From contig JAUCBJ010001196.1 of the NCBI GenBank assembly GCA_032718475.1, positions 62,001-126,000 of the forward strand: 64,000 nt of DNA. The letters are read 5' to 3'. The notes beneath the pieces are model-generated. The model saw only the letters and a program-made list of their open reading frames with translations. It was not told the origin of the DNA and searched no databases. The DNA is from Nemertoderma westbladi (taxonomy: Eukaryota; Animalia; Xenacoelomorpha). Shown piece after piece: positions 36,860 to 49,616 of the stretch. Position 1 is the first letter of the stretch. Every line of letters starts with the position of its first letter. The position numbers and the translations under genes are program-made.

Positions 36860-37632
36860 AAATTAGTGTTGGAACGCAAATTCACTTCATATGCATTCCT
36901 CGTATGCAAATACTCGGAAATGCATAGGAGCGGGTTTGTGGTTATTTGCGTTGCGAATTTGTCTGGTGGGTATCAAAACAAAATTTTATTTTCATAAAAT
37001 GTTTGAAAAATTAAAAAATTTTAAAATTAGAAGTGAACCCAAGACAATTCCAAACACTGGCATATAGATGCGTTCTAGAATTCGTCTATAGATATACAGT
37101 AATTTGAAAGTCGTGAAGCCTGGAAAAATAGTATCTAGACACCATGGTTACGGCTATATTAAGTAGGAGTGTAAATTGAGTTCAGTAACTTCCACAGATT
37201 GGTGCCAACAGTACAACAACCAAGGTGCTAAAGGTTAGTAGCACCAGAGGTGCAGAGGTGTACACGAACCCCACTCAGTAGTTCATAGTGGAGTGAGGTG
37301 TTCGATTATCAAACCTGCGGGTTTGGTATAGTCGAACGCCAAAACTATTGTCCTTTCTAACTACTGTAGTCTAGTACAAGTATTGGGGAGTAGTTTGGTC
37401 ATCAAAAAGTGAGTCGGTCACGGCCAGTTTATCTCCGAAGTTTTTGCGCTATGCATGGGAATAGGTTAGAAGATAGTTAGGAATGAGATGGGATCTTGAA
37501 AGCCAAACCTGAACTGCTGGAAGGCGGCCGGGTAGCTCGGGAAGTTTGTCCCTCCGCACCATCTAACTGACTTACCCACAGTGTAATTAGTTACGTAACG
37601 GACCTAATTGGGATATATATATACGCGGCAAT

Positions 37633-39120
37633 ATGGAGAAGGAAATTCGAGCGCAACCGAGGAGAGGTTTCACCACCAGAGAGGAAGCAGAACTACCGTT
37701 CGCCCGACCTGGGTGTAAAGATTCCAATGTTTACTACCATGGGAGATCGGTAATGGAGTTGAATGGGAAGTATAACCCCACATACGAGAAGGAGTTGAGG
37801 AGGGAACGGATTCGAGCGTTGGGAGACCGCATGGAGGTTCTACGAAAGGAATATCGTACTCGTTATCCCTACGACTTTGCCCTTGATGTGTGCGACATTA
37901 GCTCCGACCCTGATGAGGAAATCGCTCGTCTATACCATATGAATATGTATTTGCGGCACAATGAACCGCTACCTGCCGTCCGAGAACAATTCGACGGGAT
38001 GCATCTTTACCGGAGGACCCGAGGTGAGGATCAGGAGATGCCAAAGGTTTTCAGCGTATACAAGTTGTTCTACAAATGCGGCGAATGCATGAATAAGCAA
38101 GACGTAGTGATTCCCGATCGACTGAATGAACAGAATCCTGAACCGATATTAACGCGGAGTCAAGCTCAACAGTTTCTTAGATATAATGAGGGAGGTTACC
38201 CGATGAGCAACCCGATGATCAGTATCGACTTTAGCGGAAAGAGACCTCTGAGACCCATTATGCCGACCGTTACGACTTTAGATCCGTGTATGGAGATTAA
38301 ACCCTGTTCGACACCCGCTTTGATAGAAACGGCGGCGGCTATTTCGCTTTACCGAGCCTATAAGGACCTAGAGGCGCGGCGCGAAGCGGCATGGGACTCA
38401 AGTACCAAACCCAGAGGTTTGGATCTCTCGAGTCCCTGGACCATGTTTACTTCGCCTCACCGAGGGAGAAAGCTCACGCCCAAGCATCAGGATGATATAG
38501 ACACGTTGCGGCAAGAGGAGCGAGCGGCGAAAGCGAAGCAGTTATTCGAAGAGCGTATAGCGGAGTATAATAAGACCGCGGATAGACATCAGGAGAAAAC
38601 TAGGAGAGTGACTGGATTTGTTCCATAGGCTGTATCTCAACCCCGACCGGTGTATTATTCCGACGGCAACGAACCTGCGATATTGGTAGATCACACAGAG
38701 TCGCGAGAAGCCATTCGATTCTTGCCAATGGTGATGTTGTCGGATCATTGGAACGTCGACTGCTTACGGGAAGTTTTATGAGCGAGGTTCTTATGTGACG
38801 TCCCGATGCAGATAACGGATTATGATACGTTAGACAAGATCGGAGCTCCGCGGAAGGAGAGCAAGTTGTTTGGCTCGTTGGATAAGTATATAAAGGTATG
38901 GGTCGCGGTGGCTACATTCCCAGACGACGAAGAGGTAGACGAGGCGTGGCTAAGGAGGAAGGGTTCCTATACCCAGTATGATAACCACAAGGCTATCGAG
39001 CACATGTGGACCCCATCCGACAAGATCCAGCGTCAATGGAGGAAGACTGAGGAATCCCTAGAGGATTGGTGCGTAATGTTTTACGACAACGAAGGAGGGT
39101 CCCATCAAGAGTGCTTAACT
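37633..39120 (+). pseudogene. Family B extra ORF downstream of integrase (~495 codons, two in-frame stops, truncated just after a YDNEG motif)
   Basis: ORFs 37633 and 38806 are in the same frame, with one TAG and one TGA between them. Linked to family B pol by the LINE TSD. Confidence 0.65.
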
Positions 39121-40450
39121 AGTAATTATGCTTGTTATGCATACCGTTATAGTCAAATTAACCCTGGTACTACTTCAGGACTGCTTGGCGTAGGACAGAC
39201 TGGTGATTTTGTGCTCCAGTCACTCCAGCAGATACCATGGTTCTTTTGGCTGTTCACGTATATTTAACTGCTAGTTAAATGTTGTATAATTACTTGTACC
39301 TAATTTAGGGTTTAGAGTACAGTGCTTTCCTGAAAGTAATTTAGTGTGTAGGCAGTATATTTATGTTGTAACGTGGTTAATAGGTCCGTTAGCTCTGGTT
39401 GGCTTCGATAATTAACCTCTAGGTATAGGACACTCCGGGTACATAACATAGTGCTTATAGTTTAAGACTATAAGCTGTCAGACGGTGGCATTTCCTTATC
39501 TTGACAACGCAACGTACTTAATACTACTTTATTGGTTTCAAATACCGTAATTTCCTGTCAGTTTGTAAGAACCAGAAATTCTAAATCCTTGTTAGTCTGG
39601 TTTGTAAATTTCTTGTTAAATTACCCTAAAAAATTGTACGTGTAACTTGTTTATTGTTTATTTAGAGATTGTGTAATCTCAACCCGATACGTAAGCAGGA
39701 GCATGAAGAGACCAATAAGCAGATACTGAGACTCCTGCAATGCTATGAAGATTCCGATAAGTATTTCCTGTTGTTGAGAAATCCACAGATGCGCTTAAGA
39801 GATTGTTTCTCTAGCACAATGATAGATGGGTTAATACGTGTTGGAGGGAGACTAACTAATGCTCCATTATCCTTTGACACTAAGTTTCCCATACTCATTA
39901 GAAATCTTGAAATACAGATCAAGATGATTGTAGACGTTCACAGTAAGCTTTACCATGCTGGTAGAGAACGAGTTCTTAGCGAAATTCGAACTCGCTATTA
40001 TTTCCATAAACCCTGTAGAGCTCTGAACCAAGTTCTTAGGAACTGTATACCCTGTAGGAAAGCATTCAGTAGGCCTTTAACACAACGAGAGGCAGAATTA
40101 CCTAGGGAACGAGTGTGTAGATTTATTTGGCCCTATTGAAGTATATCGTGCTAGGACTGTAGCGTTCCACTTTACCAGGACTCGCACCCTCACCAAGGGG
40201 ACCTAACTGAGTCTGGGCCTCATTATTATATAGGACGGACTGCCATGCAGTACTGCTGTACGGACTTCAGTACTGATCTACCTAGGCCTACTATTACAGT
40301 ACTGCAGTATTACATACATCCACATACTGCTTGCTCGTTGACCTTCTCTGCACGATTTATATATTTGATTATTATACTTGATATTACGTTTCTGTATTTT
40401 GATGGGATTGTCATCCCTTCACTGGTGACCTGGACGAGATCTATATATTC

Positions 40451-41221
40451 ATGGAGGCCACAGACATTCAGGCCCTCGCTGCCGCCATCGCCGCGATCCC
40501 CAAAGCCGACCCCACCGCTGCAGTCAACGCCGTGACGGTGAAACTTCCCCCATTCTGGCCAACACGGCCGGAGGTCTGGTTCCGCCAGGTGGAGGCGCAG
40601 TTCGCACTCCGCGCGATCACCGTCGACTCTACTAAATTTAACTATATAATCGCGGTGCTCGATAATGCAACCGCTGGCGAAGTCGAGGCGATCATCCTCT
40701 CCCCACCTGCCACTGACTCTTACCAGGCCATCAAGGACGCCCTCATCCGAACCTTCGGCCGCTCACAGGCGGCAAAGGATGCAGAGCTACTCGCTCTCAC
40801 CGGCCTCGGGGACCGGAAACCTTCGGGCCTCCTCAACCACATCCGCAGCCTCAACGCCAACCCCGACACCATATTCCGCGCCCTGTTCCTCGCACAGCTG
40901 CCATACGAGGTCCGCCAGATCCTCGCCGGCTCCGGTAAGACGGACCTCGACGAGTTGGCAGCCGACGCCGACCGTATAATGGAAACCCCTACCCCGGCTC
41001 AAAATATCGCTACGATTCGGCGCAATGGCACACCACGTTTCACTAGCCAGCAACCGACACTCTGCTACTTCCACCAGAAATTTGGTAAGGACGCCAGGAA
41101 CTGCAAGCGCGGCTACTGCTCGATGTCCCTCCTCGTCCCACCATTGGTGCAAGCAGATCTCTCGCGCACAACCCCTATAGCACGCTCCGGTCGACCGGAA
41201 AACGGCCCGGCCGCCCGCTAA
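40451..41221 (+). CDS. gag: Gypsy gag (256 aa, intact)
   Basis: VKLPPFW..RPEVWF.QVEAQF, LGDRKPS, CYFHQKFGKDARNCKRGYC. Confidence 0.93.
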   Translation: MEATDIQALAAAIAAIPKADPTAAVNAVTVKLPPFWPTRPEVWFRQVEAQFALRAITVDSTKFNYIIAVLDNATAGEVEAIILSPPATDSYQAIKDALIRTFGRSQAAKDAELLALTGLGDRKPSGLLNHIRSLNANPDTIFRALFLAQLPYEVRQILAGSGKTDLDELAADADRIMETPTPAQNIATIRRNGTPRFTSQQPTLCYFHQKFGKDARNCKRGYCSMSLLVPPLVQADLSRTTPIARSGRPENGPAAR

Positions 41222-44200
41222 TTCCCGCGGTCGGCCACCCTGGGGGCACAGACACCATGTCCGTGTCGGACGTGCGTTCCGGCCGGACCTACCTCGTTGA
41301 CTGCGGGGCACAACTATCGGTCGTCCCAGCCTCAACACAGGATCGTCGACTCCCTCGCACACCACCCCTTGTTGCCGCGAATGGCACTGCCATCGCGACC
41401 TGGGGCCGCCGGAAGTACACGATCCTCCTCGCTGGTCATGAGTTCTCCCTTGAGGCTCATGTGGCCGATGTCACCCAACCAATCCTCGGTGCTGACTTCT
41501 TCCGCCGCAACCGCCTCCTAATTGACATGGCAGGCAGGCGTCTAGTAGATCCCAACGGGAAGACTATCCCCGCCTCCGACTTCTCGGGACTACCCTCCGT
41601 CGCCGCCATCTCCATTTTCGAGAAGGTGCTCGAGGAGTTCCCCGAACTCCTCCAACCCCGTTTCGCCGCCACAGACGACAACCTCCACGGGGTTGAGCAC
41701 CACATCATCACAGATTGCCCTCCCCTCTTCGCCCACGCCGGCGCCTCAATGCGGAGAAACTGACAATCGCCAAGGATGAGTTCTTAAAAATGGAAAAACT
41801 CGGTATCATCCGGAGGTCAAACTCCCCGTGGGCATCAGCTCTCCACATCGCGCCGAAACCTGACGGCGGGTGGCGACCGTGCGGCGACTTCAGGCGGCTC
41901 AATGACGCCACGCTGCCCGACATGTACCCACTCCCACATATACACGACTTTAATCCCAACCTCACTGGAGCGACAATCTTCACCAAGATCGACCTGGCGC
42001 GAAGTTATCACCAGGTTCCCATGCGGAAGGAGGACATCCCCAAGACTGCGGTGACCACCCCCTTCGGTCTATGGGAGTTCCTCCGCATGCCATTCGGCCT
42101 CAGGAATGCCTCCCAGACATTGCAGAGGCTGATGGACTCCATCTTCCGCGACCTCCCCTACGTCTTCGACTACCTCGACGATATCCTCGTTGGTAGCCAC
42201 TCGGAGGAGGAGCACATCAGGCACCTGCGCCAGGTCTTCCGCATCTTGGCGGAGAACGGACTCACTGTGCAGCTCCAGAAGTGCGTGTTTGGTGTCCCAT
42301 CCCTTGCCTACCTCGGACACACAGTCGACGCCGATGGGATCCGCCCGCTCCCCACCAAGGTTGAGGCCATCTCCGCTTTCCCCGTCCCAACGACAAAAAT
42401 CGCTGTGCAGCGATTCCTGGGAATGGTTAATTATTTTCACCGTTTCCTCCCAGGGATTGCCGGCACCCTAGCCCCCCTCCACGAGGCGACAAAAACTCAC
42501 ACACGTGATGTCACCTGGTCGCCGGACTGCCAGTCAGCCTTCGACACAGCGAAGTCAGCTCTGGCCACCGCCACAATGCTCCACCACCCAAGCAGCGACG
42601 CCGCATCGAGCATCACGGTTGACGCCTCCGACATAGCCGTCGGTGGCGTATTCGAGCAGCGACAGGGCGACATCTGGTGCCCCATCGCCTTCTTCTCAAA
42701 GAAGTTGTCTCCCGCTGAATGTCGCTACTCCGCCTTCGATAGAGAGTTGCTGGCGGTCTACCTCGCCATCAAAACGTTCCGACACCACGTCGAGGGCCGC
42801 GTGTTCAGCATTTTTACTGATCATAAGCCCTTAACTGGAGCCTTCTCCAGCTCCGTAGTCCACTCACCTCGCCAAACTCGACACCTCTCCTTCATCGCAG
42901 AGTTCTTAACGGATGTCCGCCACGTCAGTGGGAAGGACAATGTTGTCGCTGATGCGCTTTCCCGTGCACCGATCTCCGCAGTACTATCCCCCACCGTCGA
43001 CTTCTCCCAGCTCGCCGCTGCCCAGGCCGCCGCCCCGGAGGAGATGGCCACTTACCGCACAGCGATAAGCAGCCTAAAACTTGTCGACACAAACTTCCGC
43101 AACTTCACCGTCCTCTGCGACATCTCTACCGGCGTCGCCCGGCCCGTCGTACCATCTACCTGGACACAGAGGGTTTTCGACGCCCTCCATGGGCTCTCAC
43201 ACCCCGCCACAAGGCCCTCCATCAAAGCGGTGTCTTCCCGTTTTGTATGGCACGGCCTTAGGCGGGATATTACGCGCTGGTGCCGAGAGTGCCACCCCTG
43301 TCAAGCCTCCAAAATCGCGCGCCACACACGTGCCCCGCTCACTGAGCGCGCGTCGCCCACCACCAGGTTCTCCTGCCTCCACGTAGATATTGTGGGTCCA
43401 CTACCACCCTCGGAAAACGCCATCTATCTCTTCACCATCATAGATCGCTTCACCAGGTGGCCGGAGGCGATCCCGATACAGAACTCAGAGACTGAGACGT
43501 GCACACGCGCGCTCCTACGGGGGTGGATCGCCCGATTCGGCATCCCGACGGACATCACATCCGACCGTGGCTCACAGTTTACCTCCAAACTGTGGGCGGA
43601 ACTCAACTCCCTCCTCGGGATCACAGCCAACAAAACCACTGCCTACCACCCACAAGCAAACGGGATGGTCGAACGGCTTCATCGCCAATTAAAGGCATCC
43701 CTCAAAGCGCGCCTCTCGACATGCCGTTGGATGGATGAGCTGCCACTAGTCCTCCTCGGCATCAGAACGGCGTGGCGGGAGGACCCCGGTACCACACCCG
43801 CCGAACTCGTCTATGGCGTGCCATTACACGTTCCCGGGGAGTTCATTCCCCCACTGCCTCGCTTGTCAACCCCCTCGTCGAACTTCGTCCGACAACTCCA
43901 GGACGATATGCGCAACCTGAAACCACCCGCCACCGAGTTCCATGGCACACCCATCAACCATGTCCCGCCAAACCTACAAGGCGCCGACTTTGTTTATGTA
44001 CGGCGCGACGGCCACAGAACTCCTTTACAACAACCCTATTCCGGGCCTTTCCCCGTTCTTAAACCCGGACCCAAAACTTTTGAAATACAGGTCGGGCGAC
44101 GACGAAACACGGTCTCGGTCGACCGCCTTAAAATCGCCCGCGGCGTCGCGACAACCGACACGCCCGCAATACCGCACAAACCACAGCCCGCCCCACAACC

Positions 44201-44276
44201 GACAGTCATTCCACAAACCCCGGCCACATCTCGCTCGGGACGAAACCTCCGTCAGCCAGACCGATTTGCCCCGTAA
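41200..44276 (+). CDS. pol: Gypsy pol (PR-RT-RNase H-IN) in the -1 frame to gag; one disabling frameshift near 41730
   Basis: YLVDCGA, SPWAS, WRPCGDFRRLN, MPFGL, YLDD, VDAS, RELLA, TDHKPL, HVDIVGPLP, SDRGSQF, NGMVER, PYSGPF. Confidence 0.95.
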
Positions 44277-45984
44277 ACTCAGGATGTTCGTGTGCTGGGG
44301 GGGGGGGGGGGCCATGTAGCGTTCCACTTTACCAGGACTCGCACCCTCACCAAGGGGACTTACATACATCCACATACTGCTTGCTTGTTGACCTTCTCTG
44401 CACGATTTATATATTTGATTATTATACTTGATATTACGTTTCTGTATTTTGATGGGATTGTCATCCCTTCAGGACTATAGTCAAGAGATGGTGTGTCATC
44501 TTTGTCTGTATGACTTGTAGAGCTATCCATCTCGATATGGTGAACGATCTATCTACCAACAGCTTCATACTGAGCTTACGCCGACAGATCGCTCGCTTTG
44601 GAACTAGCAACACGATGAGATCTGATAAGGGAACGAACTTCATTGGTGCCAATAATGAGATCAAGGCTTACGTTAAAGATTGGAACCAAAGACAGGTGGA
44701 CGATCAGCTAAGGGTAACAGCATCTAGCTGGACCTTCAACGCCGCCGACGCCCCTTGGTGGGGAGGAAGTTGGGAGAGATTAATCAGGAGCGTGAAGACC
44801 GCATTTCACTTTATAGTGCCGTGCCGCGCGTATCTCACCGACGAACTTTTGCGGACGTTAATGGCGGAAATCGCTGCCTATCTCAACGAGAGACCGCTTA
44901 TGCCAGTCTCATCGAGTCCCGACTCCCTAGAAGCGCTAACACCCGCGCACTTCCTACTGAAGAAACCTGTAGCCATGCTCCCACGATCGGAGATTGCCGA
45001 CGGAGACGAATACTGCCGTCGAACTTGGCAACTTATGCAGTTGCTATCCCGTCGTTTCGCTGACCATTTCGAGAAACATTATATAGCTACAACTTCGAAC
45101 CAAGTGGTTTGCGCAGCAAGAAAACGTCAGCGCCGGAGACATGGTCCTTATTGTGGAATCAGATCTTCCATGTAAGCGGTGGCAGACAGGTCGTATCATC
45201 GAGACTCATATCTCCGATGATGGTTTAGTGCGATCGGTAGAACTCGTCGTCATGCGATGTAACTTTAAGAAACCTGGAATTGTGTTCGAAACACAACAAC
45301 TCAATCGCCCAGTTGGTCGTTTATGTTTACTGGAAAGAGACCGAGAACTGTCCGGAAACTATGGAAGGCAAGATACTCTTCCCACGACCACCTCCCTAAT
45401 CCAACAAACATCTAGGGACTCCCCAACATAACCTCGTCTGGAGTGGGTGTGTGACTATATTATTTTATATTTGTTTTTATTATTTTTATATTTATGTATG
45501 TATTATTATGTAATTTTATTATAATCATTTTCTTTAATTTTATTTAATAGAATGTTATTTTAGCGATTATTTAGTAGATTAGTGCAATATATAATCGTGT
45601 TTATTACTTAATTACTTATATTATATATTTAGTGCAACGGCGAGAAATAATTATTTTTCTCTTTCCTTACTGTCCGTATCTTATTATAAATACGTGACTA
45701 CAGTAAGATGAAATATCCGTACTTATTAAAGTACAATAAAGCTCCTACTATACTCAAGTATTATTGGTAAGTAGAGTATTAGGAATGCAAAGTTCAGATC
45801 CTCGTGTCTCAGCTAAACCAAGTTCTGGGTAGACCTTGGAAACGACTTGCCTCTTCTCACTGACATTGCTTCTTGCAATATTGCTCTCATACCGTATATT
45901 GAATAATACATATAGTAGAATGATGTCCATTTAACAGGAGCATAAAATGCATAATAAATCTGTTAAACCCTTTGACCATCTGCA

Positions 45985-46355
45985 ATTTTAGTCTATTAAG
46001 ATATCGCGGCACCCACCGATATACTTGAAAGACAAAATTCTAGAATCCGTGGTTAACGTCCCCAGACATGTTCTGGAATAAATCGGTGCCCATCTTCAAT
46101 ATCAAATATTTAATAAATGATTGTAAAATCTGTCAAACAAATATAATAGAGTAAATACTTACAAATTTTATTTTTTATTGTTAAATATTAATATTTATAT
46201 TTTATTGTTAAAATTTAGATCCTTTAAAATTCTAGTCGATTAAGATATCGTAGCACTTACCGATACTCTTAAAAAGACAAATTTCCTAGAATTAAGGATC
46301 CTAGTCCCCAGACATGCTCTGGAATAAAATTGTGTCTATTTTAATATTAAATAAT
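45985..46355 (+). repeat. Diverged ~125-bp direct repeat in the AT-rich spacer
   Basis: TTAAGATATCG...GTCCCCAGACATG.TCTGGAATAAA at ~45996-46082 and ~46240-46328. Confidence 0.75.
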
Positions 46356-47148
46356 AAAATTTACGGGAATAAATTTAAATTCATATCCTCATGAATTTGA
46401 TAAATTGTCATTGTATACAATTTATAACATTCCCAAAATTCCATTAATTAATAGATCATGGGAGCGGAGATTCACCCTATTAAGTATATTAGTGTGCGAG
46501 AATCTCCAACATATAGTCAATAGCCGATAAAATTCATAAAATCATGTATAAAGGGGAATATTGACAATTAAAGAATTACTATTAAATAGCATCCCAGATC
46601 TGTATGCATGAGAATTACCCTAATTCTACTGCTAGTTTTCCATAATGTCACCATAGCAACAGCCATGCTAGAATTAGAAGCGAGTTAAAAGAACAATAGA
46701 AAGCTTGCCCCATTGAATAGCATACGGAATAAATAGCACACTGCTAGTATCCAGGGATACATAATAATAATGTGGCATTCTAGAAGGCACTTGACTAATG
46801 GACAAATGGCCCCAATGTGTACAATTTGTGACAGTTGTGTGGAATTTGTGCATTTATAGGTGAATGTTACTACTAAAGTGTGTTTACAGTAGTGAGTCGC
46901 AGTTGTGAAAGTAGCCCTACCTCTGTAGCAAGAACCTGAAGTAATTCTAAGCCCTTGGGACGGACATTGGAGTGACTCGCGCTGGTTGTTGTTGTTGTTG
47001 TGTAGCTACTACTTTGGCGATAGACACAGCGGCGATAAGACATCAGCGCTGAGGATCTTGCGCTGTCCGGGGGCATTGAGGGGTAGGCAGCAACGACCGC
47101 TAGCCTAATTATAATTAATTATAGTATCGATAAACTCATATAGCAGCT

Positions 47149-49513
47149 ATGACTAAGTTGATAGAAGATAATCTTGGTATCAGGGAGCGATATACCCTAC
47201 CATTGCAAGCGTTTGTTGATAGTTTAATACGCGGCGACGCTAGTCAACCCACTGCGGAGGACGATGGCCATTATATCGAACCGCCAATGTCAAAGGAACA
47301 GCTCACACGTGAATTGGACAATAGAAATTTCACCGCTCACTATACGCATCGTAATGGTACGTATATGGACTTCTTAACTACCGGTCATCCTATCGATTTA
47401 CATGATACGGATGATATAGACACCGAAAGGGAAATGATTCTATTTAAAAATCATGCCCAGCGGAGTCGGAATGATAAACTGAGAATCGTACACGAATATT
47501 CTTTTTGAAACCAACTCGAAAGAGAAGATGTTGAAGAACTGGATAAACGTAATGACTTCAACGAATATTTAGAATTCTTGAGAGAAACTTATCTCAATGT
47601 GGATAGTCAACAAAATCTAGAAACTCAATATCCTCAAGGTATACATCATAACCCTATGGTAGAACTCAAACGACTGTATTTTACTATGATGTATCTTACT
47701 GCCGATCGACCGATACCTGTTGTACCGGATAGCTTCGAACAGATGGAGGAATATTGTAAAACTGGAGAAAGATCACCAGCATTACCCTTACAAGACGTGC
47801 GTCTTTGGTATTACTGCGATGAACCTATACCCTAGATGCCCTAGACCCAATCAACAAACGGAAAGACATAAAAATCCGCAGAGACGTTGCGCTAAACACA
47901 GTTTTACTCGCTATACTTACGGGAGTTTTGAGCGAAACTTATTCGACTTATCACCTACTCTTGCTCGACTCAAACAATCCTTAAATAAATCTATGATCAG
48001 AGTTCCGGAATACTCGGTCAGACGTCCTCATTCCCTGGTGCGACCTCAGACTCTTGATCCTAATAGTATGATGGATCCTCCTGAGTTGTACTCATTGTGA
48101 ACTAGTGTTACCCGAGCAATTAGTTGGTGGCACTCCGGTTATGGGCTCTCTAAATATTTGCTCATCCTACCTAGCCGGATTGGGACGCGGACATCTAATA
48201 TCTCCGTTCAACCCGTATAATCGTCCCGGTTTAACTCCGATACAACCTGTCACCTAGGTGGAGGAAAGCGTTGTACGAAATGCGCTAGATGCTATTCGGC
48301 AAAAGATCAGAAAAGGAACCTACGATTGTTTAGACAAACGTAAATTGCAACAACAAGTCCAAGCAGTAAAAGAATTAGCTTTACCCCAGTTTGATCGTGA
48401 AATCCAGAATCTTGAGGAAGATATCGAACTTGGACGAACATACTCTCTACAAGAGTTCTTGGGCGAACGCTTCCAAAGACAAGCGGAGGAGAATCAGCTT
48501 GAGGAGAAACATATCGAAATGGATGAGAGAGAAGAAGCAGCTTTAGCACAACCGGAAGCTCAAATCCTTATGACTGATCTCTATTCCAAAACCATCATTC
48601 ATCCTTCGATGGTTTCCCATTTCGGAGATAAACTCTTCGCCACAGCACAACCCCAACCGGTTGATATAAACTTAATTTATCGCTTACGCTCCTATGTTAC
48701 AACATCCACCAATCGAGGCTGCTCGTCTCAATGGTATACTCGTTGAACCTCCGGACAATCAAGCGGATTTTGTCTGTCGTATGGTGCACGAGGTCAACCT
48801 ACGCACTAGACCTTTACCTAACTCATTTTATGGGATCAAAGATCACCCCTATTATGTCAATTTAACTCAATACTATATGGTGAAACCGGAAGATCCTACA
48901 TACAGTTTAAAGTTTCTACCATTGATAAATCCCCTTGATCTTGTTGAACTCGAACAACTACAAAAACATTTAGATCAATTGGTCAAAGTAAACTCATTCA
49001 GAAAACCTTATAATGTTTCAAGAATAGAAAAGGATGTAATACCTCCGTATAATATTGATGGAGTTATTAAAACTCGATTAGTCCATTGGAATTTATATGT
49101 ATTGTTGAAGGAATAAAGAATACGGCGACTTGTTCATAAACTCGCATCCTGAGTTATAAGAAGTTCATAGACAACCATATGAATATAAAGCCAGAGAATG
49201 CGAATTAGAGAGAACAATCAAACCGAGGAAATTTCTCACTACACACGGTCAACCTACCGCTGTCGTACAAATGACCCATCAAGGACCGGTAGGAGCTGCC
49301 GTCCTGAAACGAGCTCTAAAGGTTGTTCGCCCTCATTCCACCGATGTTGATATCGATCAACCGGGTACCTCGACCGGTGGATACACCGACCATAATCCAA
49401 AACCTTCTGATGCAATCATATTGCACCCTTCTCCCAGGAGTTATAGCCCTCCTAGTAAAGTGGCTCGCCCCAAAGAGAAAAAGACTCTTACTAGTCTAAA
49501 AAAAACTTCATAA
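47149..49513 (+). pseudogene. Family C extra ORF of unknown function upstream of the PPT (fragmented)
   Basis: Chain of six same-strand ORF pieces with protein-like composition, ending ~100 bp before the PPT; no recognisable motif. Confidence 0.55.
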
Positions 49514-49616
49514 ACGCTGTTCATGAAAGAAGGACTGATAGTTTAGAGTATTTTTGTATTTTAGAAACTATGATTTTTTATATTTTATAGACTTAAATCC
49601 TTTTTTCTGGGAGCGG

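Larger units (their letters stand above)
12830..39120 (+). mobile_element. Decayed BEL/Pao family B element hosting family A and LINE insertions; 3' end lost
   Basis: TGTTACG at 12830 abruptly cuts the minisatellite (putative 5' LTR start; end perhaps GGGGCAACA at 14304). Gag, PR, RT, RNase H and IN occur in BEL order, and continuity across both insertions is shown by TSDs. The 5' LTR has no partner to confirm it. Confidence 0.65.
40158..44471 (+). mobile_element. Near-intact Ty3/gypsy LTR retrotransposon, CsRn1-like
   Basis: LTRs at 40158-40421 and 44315-44471; 4-bp TSD GGAC; PBS TGGTGACC..GACG (tRNA-Trp-like) at 40423; poly-G PPT; CHCC gag motif. Confidence 0.95.
39690..45431 (+). pseudogene. 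BEL integrase split by the gypsy insertion
   Basis: GLIRVGGRL, H..HAG, CIPC. The empty site reads VDLFGPIEVYRAR-TIVKRWCVIFVCMTCRAIHLD; then SDKGTNF, GGSWERL. Confidence 0.9.

Noticed and set aside
37190-37220. LTR end plus PBS (CCACA-GAT-TGGTGCC) of a separate element
   Set aside because: The LINE TSD makes this region continuous with family B, no partner LTR is seen, and the following ORF is not gag-like.
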